DNA of 53,767 bases from Candidatus Woesearchaeota archaeon (GTDB lineage Archaea > Nanobdellota > Nanobdellia > Pacearchaeales > GW2011-AR1), in NCBI GenBank assembly GCA_964389765.1, contig CAYMES010000003.1, positions 1 through 53,767 of the forward strand, given 5' to 3'. Shown in pieces: positions 27,703-36,438 of this stretch. The stretch's first letter is position 1, and every line of letters starts with the position of its first letter. The notes beneath the pieces are model-generated. The model saw nothing but the letters and a program-made list of their open reading frames with translations. It was not told the DNA's origin and made no database searches. Both the position numbers and the translations under genes were made by a program.

Positions 27703-28470
27703 TTATCCTCTTGTTACTACAAAGATTGCAATTGCAGAAACTATAAGCAGCCAGAAAGCATTAAGGATTTTTTCTCTATAAAACCAGTTTCCCAAATTTT
27801 GAAAAATATTTTCTGAATCTTCATAATAGTATTTATTGTTATGGGGGTCATAATCACAATCTTCATAACTGCATTCTTTATTACAGTCATTATAATTATA
27901 GCATTTATATCCATCTCCATATTTTGAACATTTGTCAAGTTTTTCATAATATCCACCATTATAACATCTCCATTTTCCATTTTTTTTATAACATTCTTCA
28001 TTATCAAACAGGTCATAATCACAATCTTCATAACTGCATTCTTTGCCATAGTCCTCATAATCACAATATCTATTGTCATTTTCATCATGATTATTTCCAG
28101 GCAAAACTGCTCTTGTTGTTGGAAAGGTGTAAAAGATTGCTCCAATTAATAATAAAGCAAGCAAAATTACAAAAATTATTGCAAAAGGTTTTGTAAAATT
28201 GTCAGGTTCTTTAGCTATAAAATATATTGTTATTAAAAACATAAATGCCACTACAACCAATAAAGCAAATAAAGGAGTTATATTAAGGATGTATTGCCTT
28301 ATTGATGAAAAAGTTATAAATATTGCTCCTAAAATTAAACTTACAATTAGATTTATTGCTTTGCTTTCTCCAAGTATTTTTGTTTTTGCAATAACAGCAT
28401 AACTTATAAATACAATTAGTGCAAATCCTAATATAGGCAGCCCTTCAGTTAGCCATGATAAATCTGTCAT
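27703..28470 (-). CDS. Multi-pass membrane protein, paralog family member 3, with Cys/Tyr/Asp-rich loop
   Basis: LPILGFALIVFISYAVIAKTKILGE.KAINLIVSLILG; loop with KECSYEDCDYD twice. Confidence 0.8.
   Translation of the reverse strand: MTDLSWLTEGLPILGFALIVFISYAVIAKTKILGESKAINLIVSLILGAIFITFSSIRQYILNITPLFALLVVVAFMFLITIYFIAKEPDNFTKPFAIIFVILLALLLIGAIFYTFPTTRAVLPGNNHDENDNRYCDYEDYGKECSYEDCDYDLFDNEECYKKNGKWRCYNGGYYEKLDKCSKYGDGYKCYNYNDCNKECSYEDCDYDPHNNKYYYEDSENIFQNLGNWFYREKILNAFWLLIVSAIAIFVVTRG
27846..28044. repeat. 34-bp exact direct repeat (27846-27879 and 28011-28044) encoding KECSYEDCDYD
   Basis: GGTCATAATCACAATCTTCATAACTGCATTCTTT occurs twice, offset 165 nt (55 codons). Confidence 0.9.
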
Positions 28471-28471
28471 T

Positions 28472-28786
28472 TTATATTTCTCCTCCTGCTGGTTTTGTTG
28501 TTTTTTGTTCTTGTCTATTTAATTCTTTTTCTATTTCTTTTTCTGTGTCTTGTATTCTTTGTTTTAGTGTTTCTATTTTTTGGCTATATTCTTTTTCTAT
28601 TTCTTCAAATTTTCCCCATTCATATCCTTGTTCGTATCCTAAATTATATCCTCTTTCAACTCCTATCATGTTTCCTGCTAAAAATCCAATTCCTGTTGCA
28701 ACTAATGGAATTGCTACTTTTAATGTTAAAGGCAGTTTATCTTTTTGATGGTAGTTGTTTTGCGAGCCATATTGTTTATTTTCCAT
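28472..28786 (-). CDS. Small membrane protein with GxxxG repeats and coiled coil
   Basis: TM, then GYNLGYEQGYEWG, then a charged heptad region; stop sits 1 nt before the next minus-strand gene start. Confidence 0.7.
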   Translation of the reverse strand: MENKQYGSQNNYHQKDKLPLTLKVAIPLVATGIGFLAGNMIGVERGYNLGYEQGYEWGKFEEIEKEYSQKIETLKQRIQDTEKEIEKELNRQEQKTTKPAGGEI

Positions 28787-28945
28787 ATTTCTTTTAATTT
28801 TAATGTATTTATAAATCTTTCTATTTGATGTAACTAAGAAGTAGTATCTTAATATAAAGAAATATAAACACTAAAAATTAGGAATTTGCCTTTATAGCCA
28901 CATATAAACCAAGAGATATTTTATAAAAAAAGCAGTTTAGAATAT

Positions 28946-29941
28946 TTATCTTAAGAAGTTTTCAAACCCGCTATCTTTTTCGGGTCTTGAATTATTTTGT
29001 TGTTCTCCAGGTTGTCTTTCATTGTTTCCAGCATTATCAGGATTTTCATTATCTCCATTTCCAGTATGTTCTGAGTTGTTATTTTGGTTGTTTTTATCAT
29101 TAGCTTTTTCCTGACTATTTTGTTTATTTGTTTGTCCTGATATTTTTTTAAGTTTTTCCATATTTTTTGAAAGAGGACTCATTACTTTTGAAAAAGATTC
29201 TTGAGTTGCTTTCATTTCATCTTTTAAATCAGAGATATCTTGGCCATATTTTCCTACCCTTCCTATTATTGAGTCTTGTAATTTATCAATTTTATCTTCA
29301 ATTTTTTTTAATCTTTTGTCAATATTTTTTATTTTTGAATGAGATGTTGTTTTAAATTCAATCATTTCATTTATTTGCTCCCTTATTTTTTCTAATTTCT
29401 CATTTACAATTTGCTCAGCTATATCTGATATTGTTTCAGCATCTGAACCGTAATTATAATCATAACCATATTGGTCTGAATAACCATATTGTCCTGGATA
29501 TTGTTCAGTTTGTTCAGGTTGCATTGGTTGAGGAGCTTGAGGATATTGTTCTTGTTCAGAAACTTCTCTAGACATTGTTTTTCCCTGTCCTCCTGCTTGT
29601 CCAGTTGTTTGAGGATATGGAGAAGGTTGCTGATTTTGTTGAGGTTGGTTAGATTGTTGAGGAGTTGGTTGAGAAGATTGAGGATTTGGAGATTGTTGAG
29701 GAAGAGGAAGATTGTTATTTTCTTGTTCCATCATACTTTGTTGCATTCCTTGTGTATTTTGAGATTCTTGAGTTGCTGATTGAGGTGTTTCGTTTTTAGC
29801 TATAGCAGATTTAACATTAGATTGTTCTAAAGCATCTTTTATTTGCTTTGGTGAAACTCCTTGGTCTCGTAATTGTTTAATTATCTGGTTTTCATTTAAA
29901 CCTTGCTGTTGCATTTGACTTATTTTTTCAATTAAAGGCAT
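28946..29941 (-). CDS. Hypothetical protein: N-terminal helical module, Q/P-rich linker, coiled coil
   Basis: QGLNENQIIKQLRDQGVSPKQIKDAL; IAEQIVNEK...IDKLQDSIIGRVGKYG; C-terminal GFENFLR. Confidence 0.8.
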   Translation of the reverse strand: MPLIEKISQMQQQGLNENQIIKQLRDQGVSPKQIKDALEQSNVKSAIAKNETPQSATQESQNTQGMQQSMMEQENNNLPLPQQSPNPQSSQPTPQQSNQPQQNQQPSPYPQTTGQAGGQGKTMSREVSEQEQYPQAPQPMQPEQTEQYPGQYGYSDQYGYDYNYGSDAETISDIAEQIVNEKLEKIREQINEMIEFKTTSHSKIKNIDKRLKKIEDKIDKLQDSIIGRVGKYGQDISDLKDEMKATQESFSKVMSPLSKNMEKLKKISGQTNKQNSQEKANDKNNQNNNSEHTGNGDNENPDNAGNNERQPGEQQNNSRPEKDSGFENFLR

Positions 29942-29989
29942 TTTCTCTTTTTTATTTTAAAGTTTATAATATTTTAATAATTTTCTTTT

Positions 29990-30319
29990 TTATTTATTGT
30001 TATTGAAAAAAGGCTCAAACATTTTAAATTGTCTAGCAAGTATTTCTACTTCGCTTTTTCTTGCAAAATTATGCATTTCTTCAGTTATGCTAGAAATTCT
30101 GCTTTTAATTTTTTGTAGTTCAGTTTTCATATTTTCTATATCTGATTTTAGTTCAGCTATTTGTTTTGTATTTTTTTCTTTTGTTGAAACTAGATTTTCT
30201 CCAATAAGGAGCACTCTATCTTTAATTAATCTTTGTTTTTCTTCCATATCTCTTAATCTTGTGTTAAAATCAGATAAAAGAGAAGATACATCTGCTTGGA
30301 TGTTCTGGTCTTTTGCCAT
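29990..30319 (-). CDS. Small coiled-coil protein
   Basis: GAGG upstream; heptads throughout; ends FARKSEVEILARQFKMFEP. Confidence 0.8.
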   Translation of the reverse strand: MAKDQNIQADVSSLLSDFNTRLRDMEEKQRLIKDRVLLIGENLVSTKEKNTKQIAELKSDIENMKTELQKIKSRISSITEEMHNFARKSEVEILARQFKMFEPFFNNNK

Positions 30320-30471
30320 TTTTACCTCGTTTTACTTTATATAAAGGCAAAAAGGGTTTAAAAATTCTTTTATAAAGGGTTTTTAAAATAACAACAAAAG
30401 ATTTTAATAGTTTCTTTATTTTTTAGTTAAAAGGAGATATTGTCTTAATTATAAAAAAGGTAAGTAAGCAG

Positions 30472-33400
30472 ATGTTATTTAAACCAAATACTCCTCTTTA
30501 CTCTTATGAAATTCAGAAAGAGAGTGGAGAAGATGTTTTATATATAAATTATTTAGGAGCTTCATATGTTCCTAGTTTAGCTGATAGTGAGGAAGTTATG
30601 TCTAGAACAGTTGATTTATTAGTTGAAAATCCAAATGTTTCTAGAATAGTTTTTGTTCAACAAAGAAATTATAGTTATGGGTTCAGTCAGATTTCTTTAT
30701 TACAGGAAATAGCCCAGCTTTATGTTTATTCAACAAAACAAGAAAATATATTGTCTCCTCAGAAACTTTATATTTCAGGACAGCCAAGTGGTAAGAGATA
30801 TGATTCTATGAATTATTTGTTAATGATATTAAAACAAGATCCAATTGCTTGTTATGATGAAATTAAAAGAATGTTAAGACAAGAAAGAGCATTGCTGGAG
30901 AAGGTTTCTGCCCAATATAAAGCAGATGAGATGAATTATATTAGGATATTAGAGAAATTTTTAGCTTTATTAGAAAATACTCAATTAATTAAACAAGCTG
31001 TTCCTTATTTAAGTGATTATTCTCTTGGAGATAGAGAAATTTATGAACAATTTTTTAGACCAGATATAATTCCTAATTTTACATTTACAAGATTAGTTTC
31101 TGCATTTCCTGACGATGCAGAGATAGTTGACCAGTATCAGATTGCTTCTGGTTATGATAAGTCAAATGTTACTATATTAAAGAAAAAAGGAAAAGCTAAA
31201 TATATTTATCATTTAACTCCTCCTGAATATACTTTAGATGAAGACCATCATATGTTAATGAATCTTGCTAGAAATGTTTTAATGGAACATCAGCCAAAAT
31301 CTGAAGAATTTACAGATCCGGAAAGAACTAGAAAGGTTTTTTTTAATGTTGCAAGAGATTTATTGCAAGATTTAGCAAAAAATAAAAATATTAATTTATC
31401 ATATTCAGAATTAAATAAATTAGCTACAATTCTTGTGAGACATACTATTGGTTTTGGTTTAATTGAGGTTTTATTACAAGATAAAAATCTGCAAGATATA
31501 GTTTTAAATGCTCCAATTGCTTTAAATCCTGTATTTGTAAGGCATCAGGAATTTGATGAATGTTATACTAATGTTATTCCAAGTAAAGATGATGCTGATT
31601 CTTGGGCTGCTAAATTTAGGATGATTTCAGGAAGGCCTTTAGATGAAGCAAACCCTGTTTTAGATACTGATTTAAGTATTAATAATGCAAGAGCAAGAGT
31701 TGCTATAATTCAAGAGCCTCTTTCACCAAGCGGATTAGCATATGCTTTTAGAAGACATAGAGACAAGCCATGGACTTTGCCTTTATTTATTCAAAATAAA
31801 ATGATTAATCCTTTTGCTGCAGGTTTAATGAGTTTTTTAATAGATGGAGGAAGAACATTTCTAATTGGAGGAACAAGGTCAAGTGGAAAGACATCTATGT
31901 TAGGAGCTTCTATGTTAGAGATAATGCCTAAATTTAGAACCATAGTTATAGAAGATAGTGTTTCAGGAGATTGCAAAATTCCAGTTAAGAGTAATGGCAA
32001 GTTTAAAATACTAAATATCGGAGATTTAATTGATAGTGAAATAGAGAATAACGGATATCTTGATAAGGATGGTAGAGAAAAAGCAATTCCAGACAATTTA
32101 GAGATTTTTTCAGTAAATAATCAAGGAAAAGTAGTTCTTTCAAAACCTTCTAAACTAATAAGGCATAAATGTAATAAACAAATTTTTGAGATAATTACAA
32201 GAAGTGGGAAAAGAATAAAAACTACCGAAGATCATTCTTTATTTTCTCTTGGAGAAAAAGATATCTTAAAACCTGTAAAAGTAAAGGAGTTGAGAAAAGG
32301 AGATTATTTAGCAATTCCTAGAAAATTATCTTTTAATAGTTTCTTAAAAAAAATAGAATTGATAGATTATACAGATAAATTCAATAAAAAAATATTTGTT
32401 TGTGGAGAGAATATAAGAAAATATTTTTTAGAAAATAAAAAAGATATATTTTCTTTAGCATATTCTCTTGGATATAAGAAGTCTACAATACAAAATTGGA
32501 AAGTAAAAAACATTTTACCAATAAAAATCTTTGAAAAAGTTGAAGATAAGATAGTTAAAGAAAATTTATTTATAAAATCTTATGGAAATTCAGGAAAGAT
32601 TCCTTTTGATTTAATTTTAGATAAAGATTTTTTAAATTTTGTGGGATTATGGATTGCTGATGGTTGCTATGATAAAAACAGTATAATAGTTAGTGTTCAA
32701 GAGCAAGGAAATAAAGATTTAGTTAGAAGATTTGCTAGTAAATTTGGTTTGTTAATTAAACAACATAGTGACGGATTTTCTTTAATGTTGAATTCAGCAG
32801 TATTAAAACAAGCTATGGAAGTTATTGGATTTAAAGGAGATTCATTTACAAAAAAGATTCCTGATTGGGTATATAATTTATCAGATGAACAAGTAGGATG
32901 GTTGTTACAAGGTTTTTTTAGTGGAGATGGATGTGTTTCAGATAAAGAGATAATGCTTTCTGTAAGAAGTAGAAATTTAATAGAAGATGTAGATATATTA
33001 TTGTTAAGATTAGGCATAGTATCAAGAATTATTTATGGAAAAAATAAAGGTTCATATTTTAAAGAAGCTAAAGATATGTTTAATATTAGAATAGGAACAG
33101 TAAAAGAAATTAAAAAATTCAGAAGAAATATTGGTTTTTTGGTTAAGAAAAAACAGGAGAGACTTGAAAAATTAGCAGGAAGAGTTTCTTCACATGATAG
33201 TTCTGATGTTATACCTGTTTGTTTAGATATTAAAAAGGAATTACAGAAGATTCTTGGAAAGAGATTTAATAAGCATGATTATATAACTAGGAGAAATAAT
33301 CCAGGTAGAGAACATTTGAGGAAGTTGCTTAGTTTAGTTCCAGAAGGAGTTACAAATCCTGTAGATCCTCTTAGAAAAGCAGTAGATTCAGATATTTTTT

Positions 33401-34299
33401 GGGATCAGGTAAAATCAATTAAGAAGATTAATTATAAAGGATATGTTTATGATATTTCTGTTCCTGAAAATGAAAACTTTATTTGCGAAAATATAATTGC
33501 ACATAATACTTTAGAGCTTCCTGTTGAATCTTTGAGAAAAATTGGTTATGATATTTTAAGAATGAAAGTTAGAGGAGCTTTACTTAAAACAGAAACAGAA
33601 GTAAGTGCAGATGAAGGAATTAGAACAAGTTTAAGATTAGGAGATTCTTGCCTTATTGTTGGAGAAGTTAGAAGTACAGAGGCGAAAGCTTTGTATGAAG
33701 CTATGAGGGTAGGTGCTTTAGCTAATGTTGTTGCAGGAACAATTCATGGTGCTAGCCCATATTCTGTTTTTGATAGAGTTGTTAATGATTTAGAAGTTCC
33801 AGTTACATCTTTTAAAGCAACAGATGCTATATTAATTGTTAATCCTGTTAAAACTGCTGATGGACTTCATTCTTGGAAAAGAGCAATACAATTAACAGAA
33901 GTTAGAAAGCACTGGACAGAAGATCCTTTAAGAGAAGGAGGATTTGTTGATTTATTAAAATATAATGTTATTAAAGATGAATTAGAAGCTACTGAAGAAT
34001 TAATTAATGGAGATAGCCAGTTAATAAAAGATATTGCAGGACAAGTTAAAGGATGGGCTGGAAATTGGGATGCTGTTTATGACAACATAATGTTAAGGGC
34101 AAAAGTTAAAAAAGAAATTGTGAATATAGCAGAAAAATTAAAAATGCCTGAACTTTTAGAAGCAGATTTTAATGCTTTGTCAAATAATATGTTTCATAGT
34201 TTTTCTGAGCAGGTAATGAAAGAAGTTGGGTTGCCAGTATCTGATAGAGTTTTTTCTAGATGGCAGAAATGGTTAAAAGATTATGTTAAAAAGAAATAA
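30472..34299 (+). CDS. Type IV pilus/type II secretion assembly ATPase (VirB11/TadA/CpaF-like), intein-containing
   Basis: GFGLIEVLLQD, LDEANPVLD, Walker A GGTRSSGKTS, Asp box IED|TLEL split by the intein, LRLGD..LIVGEVR (Walker B), GTIHG. Confidence 0.92.
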   Translation: MLFKPNTPLYSYEIQKESGEDVLYINYLGASYVPSLADSEEVMSRTVDLLVENPNVSRIVFVQQRNYSYGFSQISLLQEIAQLYVYSTKQENILSPQKLYISGQPSGKRYDSMNYLLMILKQDPIACYDEIKRMLRQERALLEKVSAQYKADEMNYIRILEKFLALLENTQLIKQAVPYLSDYSLGDREIYEQFFRPDIIPNFTFTRLVSAFPDDAEIVDQYQIASGYDKSNVTILKKKGKAKYIYHLTPPEYTLDEDHHMLMNLARNVLMEHQPKSEEFTDPERTRKVFFNVARDLLQDLAKNKNINLSYSELNKLATILVRHTIGFGLIEVLLQDKNLQDIVLNAPIALNPVFVRHQEFDECYTNVIPSKDDADSWAAKFRMISGRPLDEANPVLDTDLSINNARARVAIIQEPLSPSGLAYAFRRHRDKPWTLPLFIQNKMINPFAAGLMSFLIDGGRTFLIGGTRSSGKTSMLGASMLEIMPKFRTIVIEDSVSGDCKIPVKSNGKFKILNIGDLIDSEIENNGYLDKDGREKAIPDNLEIFSVNNQGKVVLSKPSKLIRHKCNKQIFEIITRSGKRIKTTEDHSLFSLGEKDILKPVKVKELRKGDYLAIPRKLSFNSFLKKIELIDYTDKFNKKIFVCGENIRKYFLENKKDIFSLAYSLGYKKSTIQNWKVKNILPIKIFEKVEDKIVKENLFIKSYGNSGKIPFDLILDKDFLNFVGLWIADGCYDKNSIIVSVQEQGNKDLVRRFASKFGLLIKQHSDGFSLMLNSAVLKQAMEVIGFKGDSFTKKIPDWVYNLSDEQVGWLLQGFFSGDGCVSDKEIMLSVRSRNLIEDVDILLLRLGIVSRIIYGKNKGSYFKEAKDMFNIRIGTVKEIKKFRRNIGFLVKKKQERLEKLAGRVSSHDSSDVIPVCLDIKKELQKILGKRFNKHDYITRRNNPGREHLRKLLSLVPEGVTNPVDPLRKAVDSDIFWDQVKSIKKINYKGYVYDISVPENENFICENIIAHNTLELPVESLRKIGYDILRMKVRGALLKTETEVSADEGIRTSLRLGDSCLIVGEVRSTEAKALYEAMRVGALANVVAGTIHGASPYSVFDRVVNDLEVPVTSFKATDAILIVNPVKTADGLHSWKRAIQLTEVRKHWTEDPLREGGFVDLLKYNVIKDELEATEELINGDSQLIKDIAGQVKGWAGNWDAVYDNIMLRAKVKKEIVNIAEKLKMPELLEADFNALSNNMFHSFSEQVMKEVGLPVSDRVFSRWQKWLKDYVKKK
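31957..33507 (+). mobile_element. Intein (517 aa) with LAGLIDADG homing endonuclease
   Basis: Starts SVSGD after IED; block B IKTTEDHSLF; LAGLIDADG-like FVGLWIADG and LLQGFFSGDG; ends VYDISVPENENFICENIIAHN followed by Thr. Removal restores IEDTLEL. Confidence 0.93.
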
Positions 34300-34370
34300 A
34301 CATTATTAGAGTAAATAAATTATAAAGTTAAGAATATAAATTTTTTAAATAGTGATAAATTGAAAAGGAA

Positions 34371-34679
34371 ATGGTAAATAAAACTTTAGAAGAAGATATA
34401 AGGGAAATTCTTAAGAAGCATGATATAATGGATTTAATAGATGATGGAGCTTCAGAACAAGAGTATGAGGCTGAATCAGCCGTAATATCAGCTAAAATTT
34501 CTAAGTGCGAATCTGTTAAAGAAGCTCAAAATATGATTTATAGTGTATTTGTCCAGATGTTTGAATATGGTTCTAAGCTAGATGAAAATGATAAAAGAAG
34601 AGTTGATAAAGGAGGAGCAGGAAAAAAACAAGATTATGAAAAGATAACAAAAGAAATTTATGCTCTTCTTGGAAATTAA
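34371..34679 (+). CDS. Small helical hypothetical protein (weak resemblance to DUF1871/YugE-like)
   Basis: HDIMDL....EQEYEAES..I...I...IYSVFVQMF pattern. Confidence 0.55.
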   Translation: MVNKTLEEDIREILKKHDIMDLIDDGASEQEYEAESAVISAKISKCESVKEAQNMIYSVFVQMFEYGSKLDENDKRRVDKGGAGKKQDYEKITKEIYALLGN

Positions 34680-34745
34680 ATAATTTTAAGAAAATATACA
34701 ATTAATAACACAAATTCTTTTTAATGTATAAATTTTTTATTTTTT

Positions 34746-36179
34746 ATGGATATTCATGAACTTTTAGAAGGGTTTCCCGATAAGAAAATAGCAGTTATTG
34801 GAGATATTATGTTAGATAGATATATTTATGGTAGTGTTAATAGGATAAGTCCAGAAGCACCTGTTCCAGTTGTTAAACAAGAAAATGAATTTTTCAACCT
34901 TGGTGGAGCTGCAAATGTAGCTTCAAATATTTCCTCATTACAAGGAAGAACTTATTTGTTTGGATATACTGGAAATGATAAAGAAAGAGATATTTTAATG
35001 AAAGAATTATATGATAATGAAATTGAGCCATGTTTAATAGGAGTTTTAGATAATACAATATTAAAAACAAGGATTGGAAATTCTCATTATCAGATAGTAA
35101 GGTTAGATAGGGAACAGGAGATTAAAGCAGGTGAGAAACTAGAGAAAAAAGTTGTTGAACAGGTTTTTGAGATTGAGCCAGATATGATTATTGTATCAGA
35201 TTATGCAAAAGGAAGTATTTCAAAAAATTTAATTTCTAATTTAAAAAAACAAGCAAAAGACAAAGATGTAAGGATTTTAGTAGACCCTAAACCTAAAAAT
35301 AAAGAAAATTACAAAGATGTTTATTTAGTTACTCCCAATCTAAAAGAAGCACTTGAAATAGCAGGTATTGAAAATAAAGAAAAAGTGTATGAAGCAGGAA
35401 GATATCTTCAGGATTATTTTAATTCAAATATTGTTTTAACAAGGGGAAAAGATGGAATGACTGTATTTGAAAATAATTCAGATAAAGCAATTAATTTTCC
35501 TACAAGAGCAAAAAGTGTTTATGATATAACAGGAGCAGGAGATACAGTAGTAGCTAGTATGGCATTAGCTTTATGTTGCGGTTTAAGTTTAGAAGAATCT
35601 GCAAATTTTGCAAATCATGCAGCTGGAATTGTTGTAAGTAAAAAAGGAACATCAACAGTTTTAAGAGAAGAATTAGAAGAATTAATAGAAGGAGAACATA
35701 AAAAATTAAAATCTTTAGAACAGATTAAAGGAATTGTTGATAGCGAGAAATCTAAAGGAAAAAAGGTTGTATGGACAAATGGGTGTTTTGATATTTTACA
35801 TAAAGGGCATGTGAGGTATTTAGCTAAAGCAAGAGAATTAGGTGATTTGCTTGTAGTTGGTTTAAATAGTGATAAATCAGTGAGAGAATTAAAAGGAAAA
35901 GACCGTCCAATAATGTCCCAAGATGATAGAGCAGAAATATTGTCTTGTTTAGAGCAAGTAGATTATGTAACTATATTTTCAGAAAAAACAGCAAGAAATT
36001 GTTTAAAAACTATTCAGCCAGATATTTATGTTAAGGGAAATGATTATAGTTTAGAGAGTATGGATCAAGAAGAAAGAAAAATTATTGAGGATTATGGAGG
36101 GAAGATGAGTTTTCTAGATGTAGGAAGCCAAGATTCAAGCAGTAGATATATTGAATATATCAGAAAAACTGAAATTTGA
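34746..36179 (+). CDS. hldE: Bifunctional heptose-7-phosphate kinase / heptose-1-phosphate adenylyltransferase
   Basis: Kinase motifs GDIMLDRY, RISPEAPVPV, GGAANVA, SDYAKG, VDPK, VYDITGAGDTV; transferase motifs TNGCFDILHKGHVRYL, VGLNSD.SV..LKG..RP, YVKGNDY. Confidence 0.93.
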   Translation: MDIHELLEGFPDKKIAVIGDIMLDRYIYGSVNRISPEAPVPVVKQENEFFNLGGAANVASNISSLQGRTYLFGYTGNDKERDILMKELYDNEIEPCLIGVLDNTILKTRIGNSHYQIVRLDREQEIKAGEKLEKKVVEQVFEIEPDMIIVSDYAKGSISKNLISNLKKQAKDKDVRILVDPKPKNKENYKDVYLVTPNLKEALEIAGIENKEKVYEAGRYLQDYFNSNIVLTRGKDGMTVFENNSDKAINFPTRAKSVYDITGAGDTVVASMALALCCGLSLEESANFANHAAGIVVSKKGTSTVLREELEELIEGEHKKLKSLEQIKGIVDSEKSKGKKVVWTNGCFDILHKGHVRYLAKARELGDLLVVGLNSDKSVRELKGKDRPIMSQDDRAEILSCLEQVDYVTIFSEKTARNCLKTIQPDIYVKGNDYSLESMDQEERKIIEDYGGKMSFLDVGSQDSSSRYIEYIRKTEI

Positions 36180-36186
36180 GAAAACC

Positions 36187-36224
36187 AAAATATTTATAAG
36201 TTACAATTTGTTACCTATAGTAAC
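36187..36224 (+). promoter_or_regulatory. TATA box followed by GTTAC/GTTAC/GTAAC boxes at 10-bp spacing (putative operator)
   Basis: AAAATATTTATAAG (36187-36200); GTTAC at 36200 and 36210, inverted GTAAC at 36220; directly upstream of an RHH-like gene. Confidence 0.55.
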
Positions 36225-36257
36225 CAGAATATTCTCTTCTGGGGAAAAAGAGGCACG

Positions 36258-36437
36258 ATGAGTAGAAAAGATTCTGTAGTTAAGATAGATTCTGAACTAT
36301 TAAAAAAAATTGAAGATTTTATTAAAAAAAATAAATTTTATTATACTTCTAAAAAACAAGTTGTAAATCTTGCGATAATTGAATTTTTAAACTCTCATTC
36401 ATTAGATAAATCAAGAAATAGAGGTAAAAAGAGGTAA
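36258..36437 (+). CDS. Unannotated 59-aa ribbon-helix-helix (CopG/Arc-like) DNA-binding protein
   Basis: MSRKDSVVKIDSELLKKIEDFIKKNKFYYTSKKQVVNLAIIEFLNS... fits strand-helix-turn-helix; GAGG upstream; stop 1 nt before ATG 36439. Below the ORF-track size cutoff. Confidence 0.8.
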   Translation: MSRKDSVVKIDSELLKKIEDFIKKNKFYYTSKKQVVNLAIIEFLNSHSLDKSRNRGKKR

Positions 36438-36438
36438 A

